Below, in pieces: positions 11,013-23,722 of a stretch of 64,000 bases of DNA. The notes under the pieces were generated by a model. That model was not told where the DNA came from. It saw only the letters and a program-made list of their open reading frames with translations, and did not search any database. Both the position numbers and the translations under genes were made by a program. Numbering within the stretch: position 1 is the first letter of the stretch; every line of letters starts with the position of its first letter. The DNA lies in contig JARFYF010000029.1 in NCBI GenBank assembly GCA_030265395.1, positions 12,134,630 to 12,198,629 of the forward strand. Reading direction: 5' to 3'. This DNA is from Rhina ancylostomus. Taxonomy: Eukaryota.

Positions 11013-13170
11013 GTAGTGCAAAATCTGCATCTCCAGAGATATTTTAAATTTCAGCAAATCTATTTAGATTGCATAAGAATATTGAGCTTAAAATATGACT
11101 AATGGTATAATGGGAAATGTGTAATTCTAGAGGTGTTCACAAAGGTAAAGTAAACAATCTCTTTTCATTTTTGAGTTTGATCCATTTGTAATTTTTTAAA
11201 ATTTTGAAAGTGATGGGGTCCAAGATTAGTTCCTAGATTTCTGTGGTTCTTGATCTGTAGGAAGAAGAATTCTGCAGTTAGGCTGCATTTTAAGCACTAA
11301 AGATTGTTATATTTTTCATACAGTACCCTTATTAAGAATTTGAGAATTATCACTATAATGATTGTTAAAGATGTAAGGAGAGCCTGTTGCTCTCTAATAT
11401 TGTCTGTAGAGTTATTGGATCAGGTGCAAGAAAAATACATGTTGGTAACAACCGTCCCAGAGTCCTAGCTGTTGAAACACATTGGGCTTTCAAAGCTGAG
11501 TCAGGAATTAAATCCATGATTCCTGGCACTTGCAGGCTTCTCTACTTGGAAATTTACTTCCAGCTTATATTTGACTTTGATGGAGATCTATGGCTGGAAT
11601 ACAAGATTGCAGCACTGATTTGGCTTCTTCTGTTCGAAGCCCCGTGCCCTTCAATTATACACCAGCTGATGCTGGTACATCTCATAGGCAGGGATAGCAT
11701 TGATAGGGTTTTTGTATGAAATTGGAATCTGTTTCCCCCGCTAGCACCTACTGATGGTTTATTTTACAAACTCATCAAAGTGCCTTTGAATATCTACAGG
11801 ATCCTAGTGGCACACAAGAAAGCTTGTCATAGTGTTGCATTTATTGTCTGCTCTCTCTGGAAAGGTTTCTGTCTCAACAGATCCTTGGAGATAAACCATG
11901 AATCAACTTGCAGCTGAGGGATAACATGATCTGTAGGCTGAAAATTGTTTTGAACCAGCAGAGTTAACCATGGCTTGCAAAAATAGCATTGTTTATCTGG
12001 GTGGCTGGGGAGGGGGATTAAGGGTTTGGGGTGTGGGGTTTGATATTTGTAAAGAACTGGTCAATAAAAGTTTTGTGTAAAATGAATAGCAATTCATTAG
12101 TAAAGGTCCACGAGCAACAGTCAGCAGACCACAGTCTCGGTCACATTGCTTCTAAGACAGCTGGCCACTTATGGTTGGAAAGGTCCTGCATTGATTGCAG
12201 GGAGCTAGCCTCCAGGGGAATGTGGCACATGGATACGACATGTTCTGAAGGGGCTGCAGTCAGTGAACTTGGACAACTTGTTGGTCATTGGAAGGTTCAG
12301 CAGGCCAAGTCTCAAGTGTCATCTGAAACTGAGTAGCCAGTGATATGCTGAGGCAGAGCACTTAAATGTTGCACTGAGAATGATTGTACATGGATCCATA
12401 CCTACAAATTTTCTCTCTAAACTACCAGTAGAGGAAAGTCATTAACACAGTTTTCTTTTTTCCTATTGGAAGTAGGAAAATGGTACAAGAAAATCAAAGC
12501 TATGTTCTCTCACCCGCCCAAGAATTTTGGGCACTAAGTTTCTGAGAAATGCAATAATTGCAAACCTGGTACTTGGTTGATGAAACCGATTAAATACAAA
12601 ATATTGGATCTATTTTGTTTTAGAGAACTTAAATAAAACATGAGCATTATGGTGTGTTTTGCTGGTCATTAGGAGGTTGAGATACTGTTATAGTCAGGTG
12701 ACAGATGCATATTTAAATAGGATAACTTTTTAATCATGTTCCCTGTGGAAGAGGGAGCTCTTGAAAGTTATTCCTGAAATGAAGTACAGATGAAAGCACA
12801 TGGCCTTGGACCCCTGTCCCACACTCCGGGGGTAGCAAGGGATTTTGCTGCATTAAGTCAATTGGGATCACAATTATACCCTATTATTGCACATTACAGT
12901 TAACACAATATTTTATGATTTCATTTATGTGTTCAATTTCTAGTATACAAATTTAATTAAATTATTATGGCAAATCAGACTTAACGAAAAGATTCATTTA
13001 AAGAGACCCAAAACATTAACTATATTTCTCTTGCCACAGATGCTGACTAATATATTGAGTATGCTCAGCATTTTCTGTTCTTATTTCAGATTTACAGCAA
13101 TTTCCTCTTACAAAAAACGTAATGAACTGAAAATGCTTTTCTCAAAAATTATAGCACTGATTTCTTGTAG

Positions 13171-13343
13171 ATGACAAGACATGTCGCTCTGTGGTTGTGG
13201 AGATTGAGAGACTTCCTTATCACAAGCCTTACTTGGGTGGCTATAAACACAAACTTACAGGAACAGAATTCCACCATGCAGGAACACAGACTCCGTCAAA
13301 AAGAAATTGTATTTGTGTGGAGAGGTTCTGCCGAGAGACGCAG
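13171..13343 (+). CDS. IQUB: IQUB exon (DDKTCRSVVVEIER...KPYLGGYKHKLTGTEFHHAGTQT...FCRETQ)
   Basis: TTGTAG acceptor, CAG|GTAGAG donor; hallmark IQUB KPxLGGY/F..K.TG.E.H.AGTQT motif. Not in the ORF track. Confidence 0.96.
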
Positions 13344-13698
13344 GTAGAGCAGGATACTTGAATGAAGCTTTAACTGCTATTTTGTTGTATTATTTTGTTA
13401 CTACTTTTATACAAATTCTGCAACATTTCAAAAATTTCTTCCTATCAGGTCTTTCTTCAGAATTTGCATGCATTTTCACTGTCAATTTCACCACATCCAT
13501 TTTGAATAGTGGCAGAAACTGTAAATCAGGCATTGAGAGGACATTTGTGTTAATTTTCTTTTCCCTAGATATAATGCAGTATTTCTATGGAACATCTAAT
13601 TAATAAAATGTTAAGAGGACCATGTGCTCTTTTTTTCCAACTCATTTCCAGCATCTTGGTATCACAAGGCCAGCAATTTTTTGCTGCTCCCTGATTAC

Positions 13699-14112
13699 TG
13701 TTATGAACCAGCAACAAAAGAAACACACTGAGACATGTATAAGTGTTAAAAACTACTTTATTAATAACTACTTANNNNNNNNNNNNNNNNNNNNNNNNNN
13801 NNNNNNNNNNNNNNNNNNNNNNNNNNNNNNNNNNNNNNNNNNNNNNNNNNNNNNNNNNNNNNNNNNNNNNNNNNAGTCACAGTTATTGTTTCTCATCCAT
13901 CAACAGAGAAAACAAGCAGGCTGGTGTCTCTCTCTCTCTCTCTCTCTCTCTTTCATTCTTCTGTCCCTTTCTCCTCCCTCTCCTTCGGACTGACTCCGAC
14001 TGGTTGTTTCAACAACATCATGACGTTCTTTATCTTCTGTTGACGTAAGCGCACACACACACACACACACAATCTTAAAGGAACCTCACTAATTGTAACC
14101 TAGTCCATAACA
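13699..14112 (-). mobile_element. Solo LTR (Gypsy-like) containing a 100-N gap and (CT)n/(CA)n tracts
   Basis: Termini TGTTATGAAC...GTCCATAACA (TG..CA, 9/10 inverted match). 4-bp direct repeat TTAC at 13695-13698 and 14113-14116. AATAAA on the minus strand near 13757. Confidence 0.8.
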
Positions 14113-14639
14113 TTACTAACTGCTAAAATTCAGGCATTTAAAGTAACAGGAAGCTCTTATTTTTCTTTGCTTCTTTAGAACAAACCAAGTGAGAGTTGGA
14201 GTTAGAAATATGTTAAAATACAACTAGATGTCACTAGAGCCATACATGTGGTTAGCTAGACACTTTTATTAGCAAATACAGTTCCAAGCTCTCACCATAT
14301 GTCCTTTAGGTGGCCATATTCCATTAATATTCAGTAAAAATGTGATTTTAAATTATAACTATCAAGCTAACTCCCTGCAAGTGAGCTAAAAAGAAATAAC
14401 AATGTGAATTTTAATGCACTTTTGGTTAGCTGCTTACCACACTTAGCAGGTTGTGGCCCTTTTGGTTATAGACTACAATTATTAGTATAGTAAATGATAA
14501 AAATAAACTGTTGGAAAATACAAAAATATTTTTAAAACAAGTTTGCTACATCTCCACAAAATATTAGATAGCAGAAAATTGTACTTAAATGTAACCATCT
14601 TTGGGAAATTTCAATAACAAATATACAATTTTTTTATAG

Positions 14640-14795
14640 ACAGTTTCTGAAAGAAATCGCTACCAACAAACAACAAATAATACCTCCACACAGATGACCA
14701 AAATTGGCTGTTATACGTCCAATATCACAGATAAGTTGCTTACTCCAGGAAGGTACTTCACTGCTGAAGAATATCATGCTTGTAGGTTGAATGCG
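14640..14795 (+). CDS. IQUB: IQUB exon ([25 protein letters not shown]...[18 protein letters not shown])
   Basis: TTATAG acceptor, GCG|GTAAGA donor, phase 0-0; conserved TSTQMT and PGxYFTAEEY motifs. Confidence 0.96.
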
Positions 14796-15729
14796 GTAAG
14801 ATATAATTTAGGTTACTGATTTTATTTCAAACTACTTTACCAATAGAATATACAATTACCAAGCTGGATTTATGACCGCACAGTTCTGACTTGTCATTCT
14901 CATGAATGACATATCAAATATCAATTTGATTTAGTTGTACTAAACACTTTTATTTGTAATATTAATGTAAGTTATACTTCAAAGGTTTCACGTTCTTGCA
15001 GCTCTGTACAGTGCCTTAGTGAGGATTTATGGCAATGGTTCTCCACATGATAAATTCCAGATTTAGCTGTGAGTTTCCTAATACAAAGCAAATGGCAAAC
15101 AGTTTCACAGCAGGGAGAAGATTGAAGGGCAGTTCTAGTGCATCTTCTAGTTTAGGGTTGAGTATTTTCATCTGTTGGTAAACTTTCAATTTCTGCCTTT
15201 TTCCTTTATTTCACATGTTGCCTTGAAAATTTTACTTTTGTTCTAAGTTAGGCAGCTAACTTAGTCACCAGATGTTGCCCTTTTTGTTTACAAGGTAAAC
15301 TGGGAGTACAGTCAATGGAGAATGATATTTCTAGACCTGAGGTTTAATGCAACCATTCTGATGTTGTTATACATTCTGTAGTGGTTTTACAAACAGGTAG
15401 GTAGGAACTTAATTGGTCTCCAGCCTCCAATTGTCATTTTCCAATTATTTATCCTTTAGTGTAGAAATTGTGTGAAGAATATCTAAAGGAACATATTAAT
15501 ATTATTTCTCATACACTGGATCTTATTATAAAAACTGTTTCCTCAATTGTGGCAATGTGACTCAACTCAAAATTAGCCACCAGGAATATATTTGGAGCTA
15601 CAGCTAATAATTATCATTAAAACAATTCCTCACAACAACCAGATATTGAGATGCATTTTATCATAGGTAAAATTATGCCATTCTATTACAACAATGTACA
15701 ATGTAATACATGATATTTCTACTATGAAG

Positions 15730-15960
15730 CTTGTTAAAAGAGATAAAATGAGGAGGGAAAGAAGAAGAGTAATATGGAGAGGTTTGGCGAAGGAGTTTTA
15801 GAGCATCGGCTTTAAACATCTGAAGACGTGATTACAAATTATGATGCAAATGGAATCGTATTTAAATTGTCAGAGTTAAGAATGGAAGGTTCAGGGTTGG
15901 CAGAAATTTTATTGAATATAGCCAGTGTATTTTAAAGCGATAGTGGATAAGATATAGAAG
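15730..15960 (-). mobile_element. L2 LINE 3' fragment
   Basis: GGAGAGGTTTGGCGAAGGAGTTTTAGAGC resembles the reverse-complement L2 3' region also seen near 35400. Confidence 0.5.
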
Positions 15961-16349
15961 TGGCAGGCAAAATCAAAATTCAGTTGTATGTTAACAATTG
16001 GATTTCAGAGTGTTTCCTTGTAATATTACATATGTTAAGCTGAACAAGGAAATGGATCGATGTTTTCTGTCATGTGCTACGGTTTCCTTGACATCAGTGT
16101 GTACATGGGAAATTTCTTTTCGTTTATTGCAAAACAAATTATTCCAAAAATGTTATAAATCATTTGTAAAACCATTTTTGGAAAATGTTATTGTACACGT
16201 CAGAGATGACTTTCTATAGTAAATTAACAGATTGAATTTAGGATTGAAATTCTGGATTTATTTACATTGGTTGTAAGTGACTAAATGGTTCATGATATAA
16301 CCTTGACTTTATAATTTGTGTGAGGGAGCAATGCAGGTAGATTTATTTT

Positions 16350-16740
16350 TGTTCCTGCCACTCAGCTGTCTCCACCTTCACCCTCCCCTCCCCCATCTGC
16401 CTCTATCTGCCTTTTCTGTCTGCCTCCATCTATCATGCACCTGCCTCTGTCTCTCAACTCGACCCCTACCTCTCCCCCTCCCCTCCCCTCCCTGGCTCAA
16501 TCTGTCCGTTATCCTTCACCTCTCCTCAGTGCAGCAATTGCTCACTGGCCTCTGTCTCACCACTCCTCCTCCTACTCTTTATACTGACTATCTTCCCTCT
16601 CTACTCTTAGTCCTGATGCAGGTTTTTGACCCAAAATATCGACGATCCCTTTCTCCCCACAGATGCTGCTCAACTTGCTGAGTTTCTCCAGCAGATTGTT
16701 TGTTGCTCCAGATCCCACATCTGCAGTCTCTTGTGTTTCT
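16350..16740 (+). mobile_element. Penelope-like 3' UTR (C/T-rich) plus hammerhead-like motif and tail
   Basis: Pyrimidine-rich stretch, then AGTC-CTGATGCA-GGTTTTTGACCC-AAAA-TATC-GAC and the same tail as 9168-9300. Confidence 0.75.
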
Positions 16741-16839
16741 AGACAGATTATTTATTCTGTACTATGACTTTGAATTCTAAAGATAACAGTTTAAAATGAG
16801 CAAATCTTAGAAAGGATTAATATTATCAAACAACTTGCT

Positions 16840-17012
16840 CTTTCACAGTCCTGATGCAGGGTTTTGACCTGAAATGTCAACAATTCCTTTCCTCCCACAG
16901 ATAAGTTAAGGTAAGATTTATTTATTAGTCACATGTACATCAAAACACACAGTAAAATGCGTCTTTTGCATAGAGTGTTCTTGATCTCTGAGTTCCTCCA
17001 GAAGATTTTGTT
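16840..17012 (+). mobile_element. Second Penelope-like terminus, interrupted by a SINE-tail fragment (about 16911-16981)
   Basis: CAGTC-CTGATGCA-GGGTTTTGACCT-GAAA-TGTC. The tail breaks after CCCACAGAT and resumes as TGATCTCTGAGTTCCTCCAG. Confidence 0.7.
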
Positions 17013-17269
17013 ATAACCTACTCTTTTCCTTTCCCATATGCACAGGAGCAGACATGTAGAGTGGATGCCCAGCAAATCATTAAATACTCTGTCATTTTAG
17101 ACTTCTAAAAGAGTTAAACATCATAAAATTTCAGAATATCCAGAATTTTGTTTGTATAAATATGCTTCTTACACATTTTACTTTATGGCTAATAGTTAGA
17201 GCTTGATGTCCAGCCATAGTAGTTTCTGAATTTATTCATTTTCATTAAAATGGTTCTGGAGAAATAATG

Positions 17270-18400
17270 GATAATTGAAGGTGAGGTGCAGATCACCCCA
17301 CTTAATTGAATGATAGAAAAAGTTCAGAGTCAAATTACCCACTCCTGTTCTGATCATTACAAAGAACATGCGGTATAGGAATAGACCATTCAGCCCAGCT
17401 TGCCTTTGCTGATTCTTGCATCTTCCTTGCAGTGAAGCAACAGACCCATTAGTTTAACACATTCATGTCAATGTTTACACTCTACACAAAGTATCTTCTA
17501 CTCTTCTTTGTCTAATTGCACTAATAAGTGGTTCTAATCCCTGTCCCATTCTCTGGCTTCCCTCTAGATGTATTTACTTCTTGCCGCTTCAGCCATATTC
17601 TGTGATCATCAGTTTGACATTCTAAACTCTCTAAGTAAAGAACTGTCTCCTGAAATACAGATTGCATTTATGAGAGTGGCTGTCTTATATTTATGGACCC
17701 AAGTTCATGGTGCTACCAAGAATAGAATCATCTTTGTTATGTCTACCCCACCAATCCCTTTCATTATCTTGAACTCATCCATTGAATCACCCCTCCAGTC
17801 TTTTCTATTCTTGAAGAAGAATCACAACCTATTCAATTTTTCTTGAACTAAATAGCCTCGGACATTAAGGTGAAATTCTGGTATGATTTTGGTAAATTCT
17901 TTTTGCACCTTCTCCAGTGTTGTGCTGTCCTATGGAACTATTCATAGTGTGTTTTAACCAGGTTCATCTTGGGTTTAACATAACCTCTAATTCTATACCA
18001 GTGGAAAATCATCACTATTCTGTTTGCCTCACATCTGCCTTCAGTAATTTTTATATCACTTTTTTAAAAATTATGTACTTGTCTAGTTTAATTAGGAAAG
18101 CCTCAGTCACTTCCTTTGCAAGTGAGTTCCACATTCAAACCACTCGCTTAGTAAACAAATATCTCCTTCTTCCGAATGGATTTATTGGCATCTGCCTTAT
18201 TTCTGATTTTTATATCCCCTCAAATGGAAACATTCTCTCTACATTGACTTGGGTTGACACATTTGTAACTTTAAAGGCCTCTTAAGCTACTTCCTAGTCT
18301 TCTCTGAAAATAAACCACCAATCTGTTCAATCTTACCCAGTGAGTGTAACCTTTCGGTTCTGGTGCCAGTATTTTATCAAATGCTTCTGTATCCCTTAGA
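17270..18400. mobile_element. Cluster of decayed CR1 3' fragments (mostly minus strand)
   Basis: Repeated reverse-complement CR1 3' motifs (GAGTTCCACATTCAAACCACTC, GGAAACATTCTCTCTACATTGAC). Confidence 0.55.
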
Positions 18401-18851
18401 ATAGATTATGTGAAAATTAATTATGAAGATTATTTTAATGTATTAGGAGTTCATTTTATTTTGGAGAGGAAATCTGGAATGAAAATGCATTTAAATATTC
18501 TGAAAGGGAAAAAATCCAAGCACTATCATTTCATTTTATATCGTTATATTGGATTGAGTATAAAAATAGTTACTCAGAAAATTATTTTGTACTTCTCCAA
18601 AATTATGAGTTTTTCCCAACTATATTAAAATGTGTAGAACACAAGATAACCCTGAATTGCTCTTCTATATTTTGATCATAACAAAATTGTGGTATTGGAT
18701 GAAGTCTGTAAGTACAAAAATGCATTACCACTTTTACAATAAACTTAGTTTTGCAAAAATATCAGCATTAATGGAAAACAATAATTTACTGCTGTCTTAT
18801 GATTTTGTTTTGATGTTTAGCTGTAAGATTTATTCGTTTCACATATTTCAG

Positions 18852-19062
18852 GTAATTGTGATACAGACCTACTTCAGACGATGGTCTGCTAAGAATTATG
18901 TTCACCAACTGAGAATGCAAAGGAATAGAAGGCTACAATGGGAACAGGAGCAGGAAGTGAAATTTAAAAAGGAAAAAGCTGATTATATAAAGAAACAATA
19001 TGAAAGGAGAATGAATCCTAAGACAAAAGAAGATTTTGACTTGCTCTTTCATGCTCTGGAAG
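18852..19062 (+). CDS. IQUB: IQUB exon with IQ motif ([14 protein letters not shown]...[19 protein letters not shown])
   Basis: TTCAG acceptor, GAAG|GTACAT donor; IQxxxRxW calmodulin-binding motif. Confidence 0.97.
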
Positions 19063-19476
19063 GTACATTTTTGCTTCACTGCAGTTTCTCTTGGGCCTTT
19101 CCGTTTCTGGTCTTTGTGTAATCACACTGTTATAAATGCTATTGACTGCTTAAAATAGCAATTTTTCTCCAGTTGAGTGGGAAAATTCATATTTAGTTTA
19201 AAAATTCTGATGACAGAGAGAGAGACATCTAAATGACCCAATTCAAGGGTGAAGGGAGCTTAGCGAGTGCTACCAGCAGTGTCCTACTCAGGATGAAGAG
19301 AATGGCCCTGTGACACTGGCCCAACTCCCGACAGGAGGCACAGTTTTATTTTCAAATACAATTCTTGATCGTCTTATTTGAAAACTAATTCCTCATGCTA
19401 GTAGGAGAAACATTGACTTAGTTGCAATTAAAATGAATAATGTAATTATATTTGTGTCCCCTCTGTGAATATTTAG

Positions 19477-19652
19477 AATGGAAGCAGGAGGAGCTGAGCA
19501 ACATCAACCAAACTCTTACTGGACCGGAGCGCAAGGCAGCTCTTTACACGCTCCTGGAACAAGAAGCAAAGCTCATTGCGTCTATTGCTCGGCACAGAGT
19601 TGATGCTGCAAAGGAAACTGGACCAAAGTTAATTCAGAATTTTTTGAATAAG
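19477..19652 (+). CDS. IQUB: IQUB exon (EWKQEELSNINQTLTGPERKAALYTLLEQE...IQNFLNK)
   Basis: TTTAG acceptor, AAG|GTGAAT donor, frame continuous with both neighbours. Confidence 0.96.
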
Positions 19653-19925
19653 GTGAATAAACCAATATATTATTGTGTTTAAAAATAATTCTGCAAAAAG
19701 ATACAGTTTATTTGAATCACTAATCAATTAAAGTCAAGAATTATTTAACAGGTATTGCTGCTTAGAAATTAGAAATTTGGTGAACTGGATTAAAAAGCAA
19801 ACAGCACAAGTAAAATGTTCACTGGGTTAAACTTTTCTTTGAGAACTCGTATTTGTTTGCAGAAGTTTAAATTTGGGGTTTATTGTAGGTTGATAAATCA
19901 ATAAATTAAAACTAATTAATCAACA

Positions 19926-20526
19926 AGAAAAATATGGCCTGGAATTTTCTGGGTGTGGCAAGCCACCCAAGCTTGCTGCACCTATACCCACCAAAGTTCA
20001 CTTATTTGGAGCTTCAACCACAAACCCCAAACTTTGATTGGCGAGGCTTTATGGAATATACTGTCTTTTGAATGTAAATAGCACCTACCTTTAGACATGC
20101 ATTGGCAACTGGTTAAGCCTTGTGCCCAGGCTGCACTAAGCTCTCAAAAGTGCCAAAGTATTTGAATGTTTGTAAATGTGTCTGCTAATACTTTATTAAT
20201 AAAACAGAGCAGTTTTTGTTTATAAATTAAAAGATTGAAAAAATTAATAAATTGTTTAATTAAAAAATGTGAACCATCTGTAACTTTTCCCCTTCGCTGC
20301 CATTCTACATTAAAATGACTGGAACATAGCAAAGATTCAGTGGACAAATTTCCCAGAGCAACTACTGGAACACTGCAGGACTCTACTGTTTTGCCACAGC
20401 TTTCCATAAGAAAACCAATGTGAGAGCACAGATGGAATGACATTGCCAGATACCTCTCGGGAAGTTTGAGATAGATGACGTGGAACTGCTGGCATCTCTT
20501 CGGAAATTTCAGGCCAATATTTTTCT
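19926..20526. mobile_element. MITE-like element with about 25-bp imperfect terminal inverted repeats and an AT-rich centre
   Basis: Left end AGAAAAATAT-GGCCTGGAATTTTC versus reverse complement of right end AGAAAAATATTGGCCTGAAATTTCC. Confidence 0.55.
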
Positions 20527-21890
20527 CATTAGCTTCCCAGTACAGTACTTGCAAGTTTTCTTTTCCCCAGTGTGAAATGATGATGTCCTGCACAGTGGCA
20601 AGAGCTTGTGAGACATGGTGTCATTTCATAGGGGGAGCCAAAAGAAGTCCCACCCGTGAAATGGCTGAAAATAATAAACAATTGGCCAAGTCAGGACCCA
20701 GGCTTTGATCATTAGTCACTTTGAATCCCTCCAATTGTCCTTGAAGCTAAGAAAGGGTCAAAACTATTAACAATTAATTGAACAATTAATGTTATATAAT
20801 TATTAAATATATAAAACAAAGTTTAAATCACTTAAAATATATTTAACTAATTAGTAACATTGGCTCAAAATTTCTGTTGGAAAGGAACTATCGCTTTTTA
20901 CCTTTTGTAGCTATTAAGAAATTTAAAATTGATATACAGTAGTGCATGTTTACAGCAGTCCTAAACTTCCACACAGGTGATCCTGTTGTCATAGTGACGA
21001 TTCTGGGGTCCAGCACTTGAGTGTGAACATCTGTAGTTTCCTAGCAGTTATGCAAGGAAATCTGCTGGCTTTGTATGAGATTCAGTAATTTCTTGCAGCC
21101 ATTCCTCCTTTACAATAAATAGCAAAAGAGTATCTTTCAAGTAGCTTACATTTTTTGATATTTGTTGAGTCAAATTAAATATATTAATTATTTTTATTGT
21201 TTTAAATTTTTAAATATTTTTAAATTTCTCAAACTTACTATTAAAAATTGTATGGCTTCAGCAGCTGTCGAAGCATCTTCCTTGAGCTGATGATTGGCGA
21301 AGCTCTGTGCTGGTCAGGGCCTTGCTAATCAGTTTGGTGCTACCTTGAGGACCCGCCCACTGGGCAAACTTAGTGGGTACATGATGTGTCATGTGAGCTC
21401 TGGGAATGATAGCAAAATGACTGGGCCATGAGAACAAGCTCAATTAAAAAGATGTAAATTATTATGCTTATCTTTCTGCCTCCACAGGTGTTCTTCTGTT
21501 TTCAAATGAATTGGCTCATTCTTCCTGCATCAGGGTCTAAAATTAGCATAGGCTCATTGAGCAGATTACCTAGTGAGACTGCTGGAGGGATGCAGCAACT
21601 TCATTCTCCACTTCTGAATTCCATATGGAGTCAAAAGTCAGAATGTACCAGCAACTAGCTAGTCCATGAACTTGTGGGTAAATAGATACCAACAGTTCAA
21701 TGTGTAATAGCTAACATTTCCTGGTAAATTTCAGTTCAGTCCAATGAAATAGTATGCATTCCAATGATCACAAGGTGTCATCAAATTGACTCTTTCCAAA
21801 GTTGAAGCTCTAATTATAAAGAAATTTGTATAGTTTTTTAAAAAATTGTTAATTTCAACTGTCAAATAACTTGCATTTTAACTGCTGTAG

Positions 21891-22061
21891 TGTGCAGACC
21901 CTGTAAGATGGAAGGCATTTGATGGGAGAGTCACTGAAATGGACACGCAGTTCACTATTCGGGCAAGAGAGCTGCGTGATATTTACAACAGTATTAACAT
22001 GAAATACCTGACCACGGATGAGAGACTGGATGCTCTTTTAACACTAAAACACACAGTCAAG
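21891..22061 (+). CDS. IQUB: IQUB exon ([32 protein letters not shown]...[14 protein letters not shown])
   Basis: TGTAG acceptor, AAG|GTATAA donor; conserved [10 protein letters not shown] and LLTLKHTVK motifs. Confidence 0.97.
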
Positions 22062-22699
22062 GTATAAAACTGTTTAAAATCATCGTAGCGCTAGTAACAT
22101 TGATTCCTGAATTACTGTTGCCTCCTTCAGATCTATGTCTCAAAAAAGCTCAATTCCCTTCTTCCTAGCAAATTATTGTTTATTTTCTTCTAAAGTTCCT
22201 GAATGTGCTGTAGACTTTCATGCCCATCCTTCGTTGAACTTAATACTTGAATGTCTCCAATTAGGCTTCCGAATCTGCAAGAGTATCGAAATGGCTCCAA
22301 TCATAGTCACCAGTGGCACCTGATTATAATTATTCCTACTTGTCTCTTGCTCTCTGTCTGCCACCACTCCATCCTCATCTGGGAGGAAGGACTGCACCTC
22401 TCTGATGCAGTTATAGCCAAAGGAATACCTGTACTGGATTATTTTCTCACTCCCACATCATTACCTNNNNNNNNNNNNNNNNNNNNNNNNNNNNNNNNNN
22501 NNNNNNNNNNNNNNNNNNNNNNNNNNNNNNNNNNNNNNNNNNNNNNNNNNNNNNNNNNNNNNNNNNTGCATTACCGGGGGTGTGGTGGTGAGGTGCATTC
22601 CTAGCAAATGGATCATAATCGCTACTTTCCATAACATGGAACCGCATCATTTGTGTTTGTGTCAAGAAACGCGAGTTGAAAACAAGTGTTGATTTCTTT

Positions 22700-23055
22700 A
22701 TGTACACTGATGATACCTAACTCAACCTCCCTGCAATATCTCTTGACCGTTCTACTATTTTTAGATTGTATTAAAGCTAATCACCTCTTTCAGAAACTCT
22801 GCTGTCTATTCTTGTATCCTGTTCTTTCCTCACTCCTCTACTTCTGACTTATTTTGGCTTGTGCTTAATTTTTCATCTTTGTTTTTGGATTCCTCCATCA
22901 TCTAACCCTTTTCCAACTGTTATCCCTACCAGCCCTATAACCTCCTCAGATGTATGGACTCCTCCAATTCTGTTCTTCTGAGTGATCCTGATTTTAAAGC
23001 AGCCTCTGTTGGCAGCTATATCTTCAGTTCATGAGGCCTCAGGCTCTGGATCAAT
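22700..23055 (+). mobile_element. L2 LINE fragments
   Basis: YADDTQL-like TACACTGATGATACCTAACTC and L2 3' region motifs. Confidence 0.55.
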
Positions 23056-23074
23056 CAGACCCTTATGTCTATTC

Positions 23075-23410
23075 ATAGCATCATTGATCCTATGGCCCAA
23101 ATCATCCAGGTCAACTAGTGGGCGTGCTTCTATATTAATGCCGTTGCCCGGCACTCAGTGCATAAACCTCTATGCCTAAGTGATTCAAGTGTTCATCAAG
23201 TCACTTCTTAAATGTTGTCAGTGACCCAGCTTCAACCACTCTCGCAGGCAGTGTGTTCCAGATACTTTTACTGCTCTCTGGGAAAAGAATGCCCCTCTCA
23301 TATTCTCTCTGACTCTCTTCCTCCTTTTTTGTCCTCTAGTTCTATCTACCCTAATATGGGAAAAAGTTTCCTGCAGTCTAAGTGTATATCTGCTTTATCC
23401 TCATGTTCTT
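23075..23410 (-). mobile_element. CR1 LINE 3' fragment
   Basis: ACCACTCTCGCAGGCAGTGTGTTCCAGATACTT...CTCTCTGGGAAAAG, the reverse complement of the CR1 3' end. Confidence 0.7.
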
Positions 23411-23545
23411 AAAAAAAGGTTCGCAAAGCATATATTGAATGAAAATATGAAATATGTCTGTTCCTGTCTGCAAAAGCTCTCCTGTCTCTGGTCACATTTT
23501 TTGATTGTTTTGAAATCTCTAATATTAATTACTTTTTCTATATAG

Positions 23546-23722
23546 GAACATGACTGTAAGTTAACACAGGAAATTGTGGATTTGATTGACCGAGAAGCAG
23601 ATCTCCTTATGAGGCAAGTAAAGGAAACTTACCTGGATGGACTCAGACAAAGAATATCAACACTCTTTCTTCAGTACATCAAAACACCAATGTTTAACCC
23701 AGAGGTTGCCAGATTCCTTAAG
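23546..23722 (+). CDS. IQUB: IQUB exon ([23 protein letters not shown]...[20 protein letters not shown])
   Basis: TATAG acceptor, AAG|GTATAA donor; conserved LIDREADL and FNPEVA motifs. Confidence 0.97.

Noticed and set aside
13622-14048. ORFs spanning N runs (also near 22251, 44263, 49787, 60846 and 63335)
   Set aside because: Their length is inflated by gap characters.
20144-20593. 149-aa minus-strand ORF
   Set aside because: Overlaps an AT-rich MITE-like element and shows no recognisable protein motifs.
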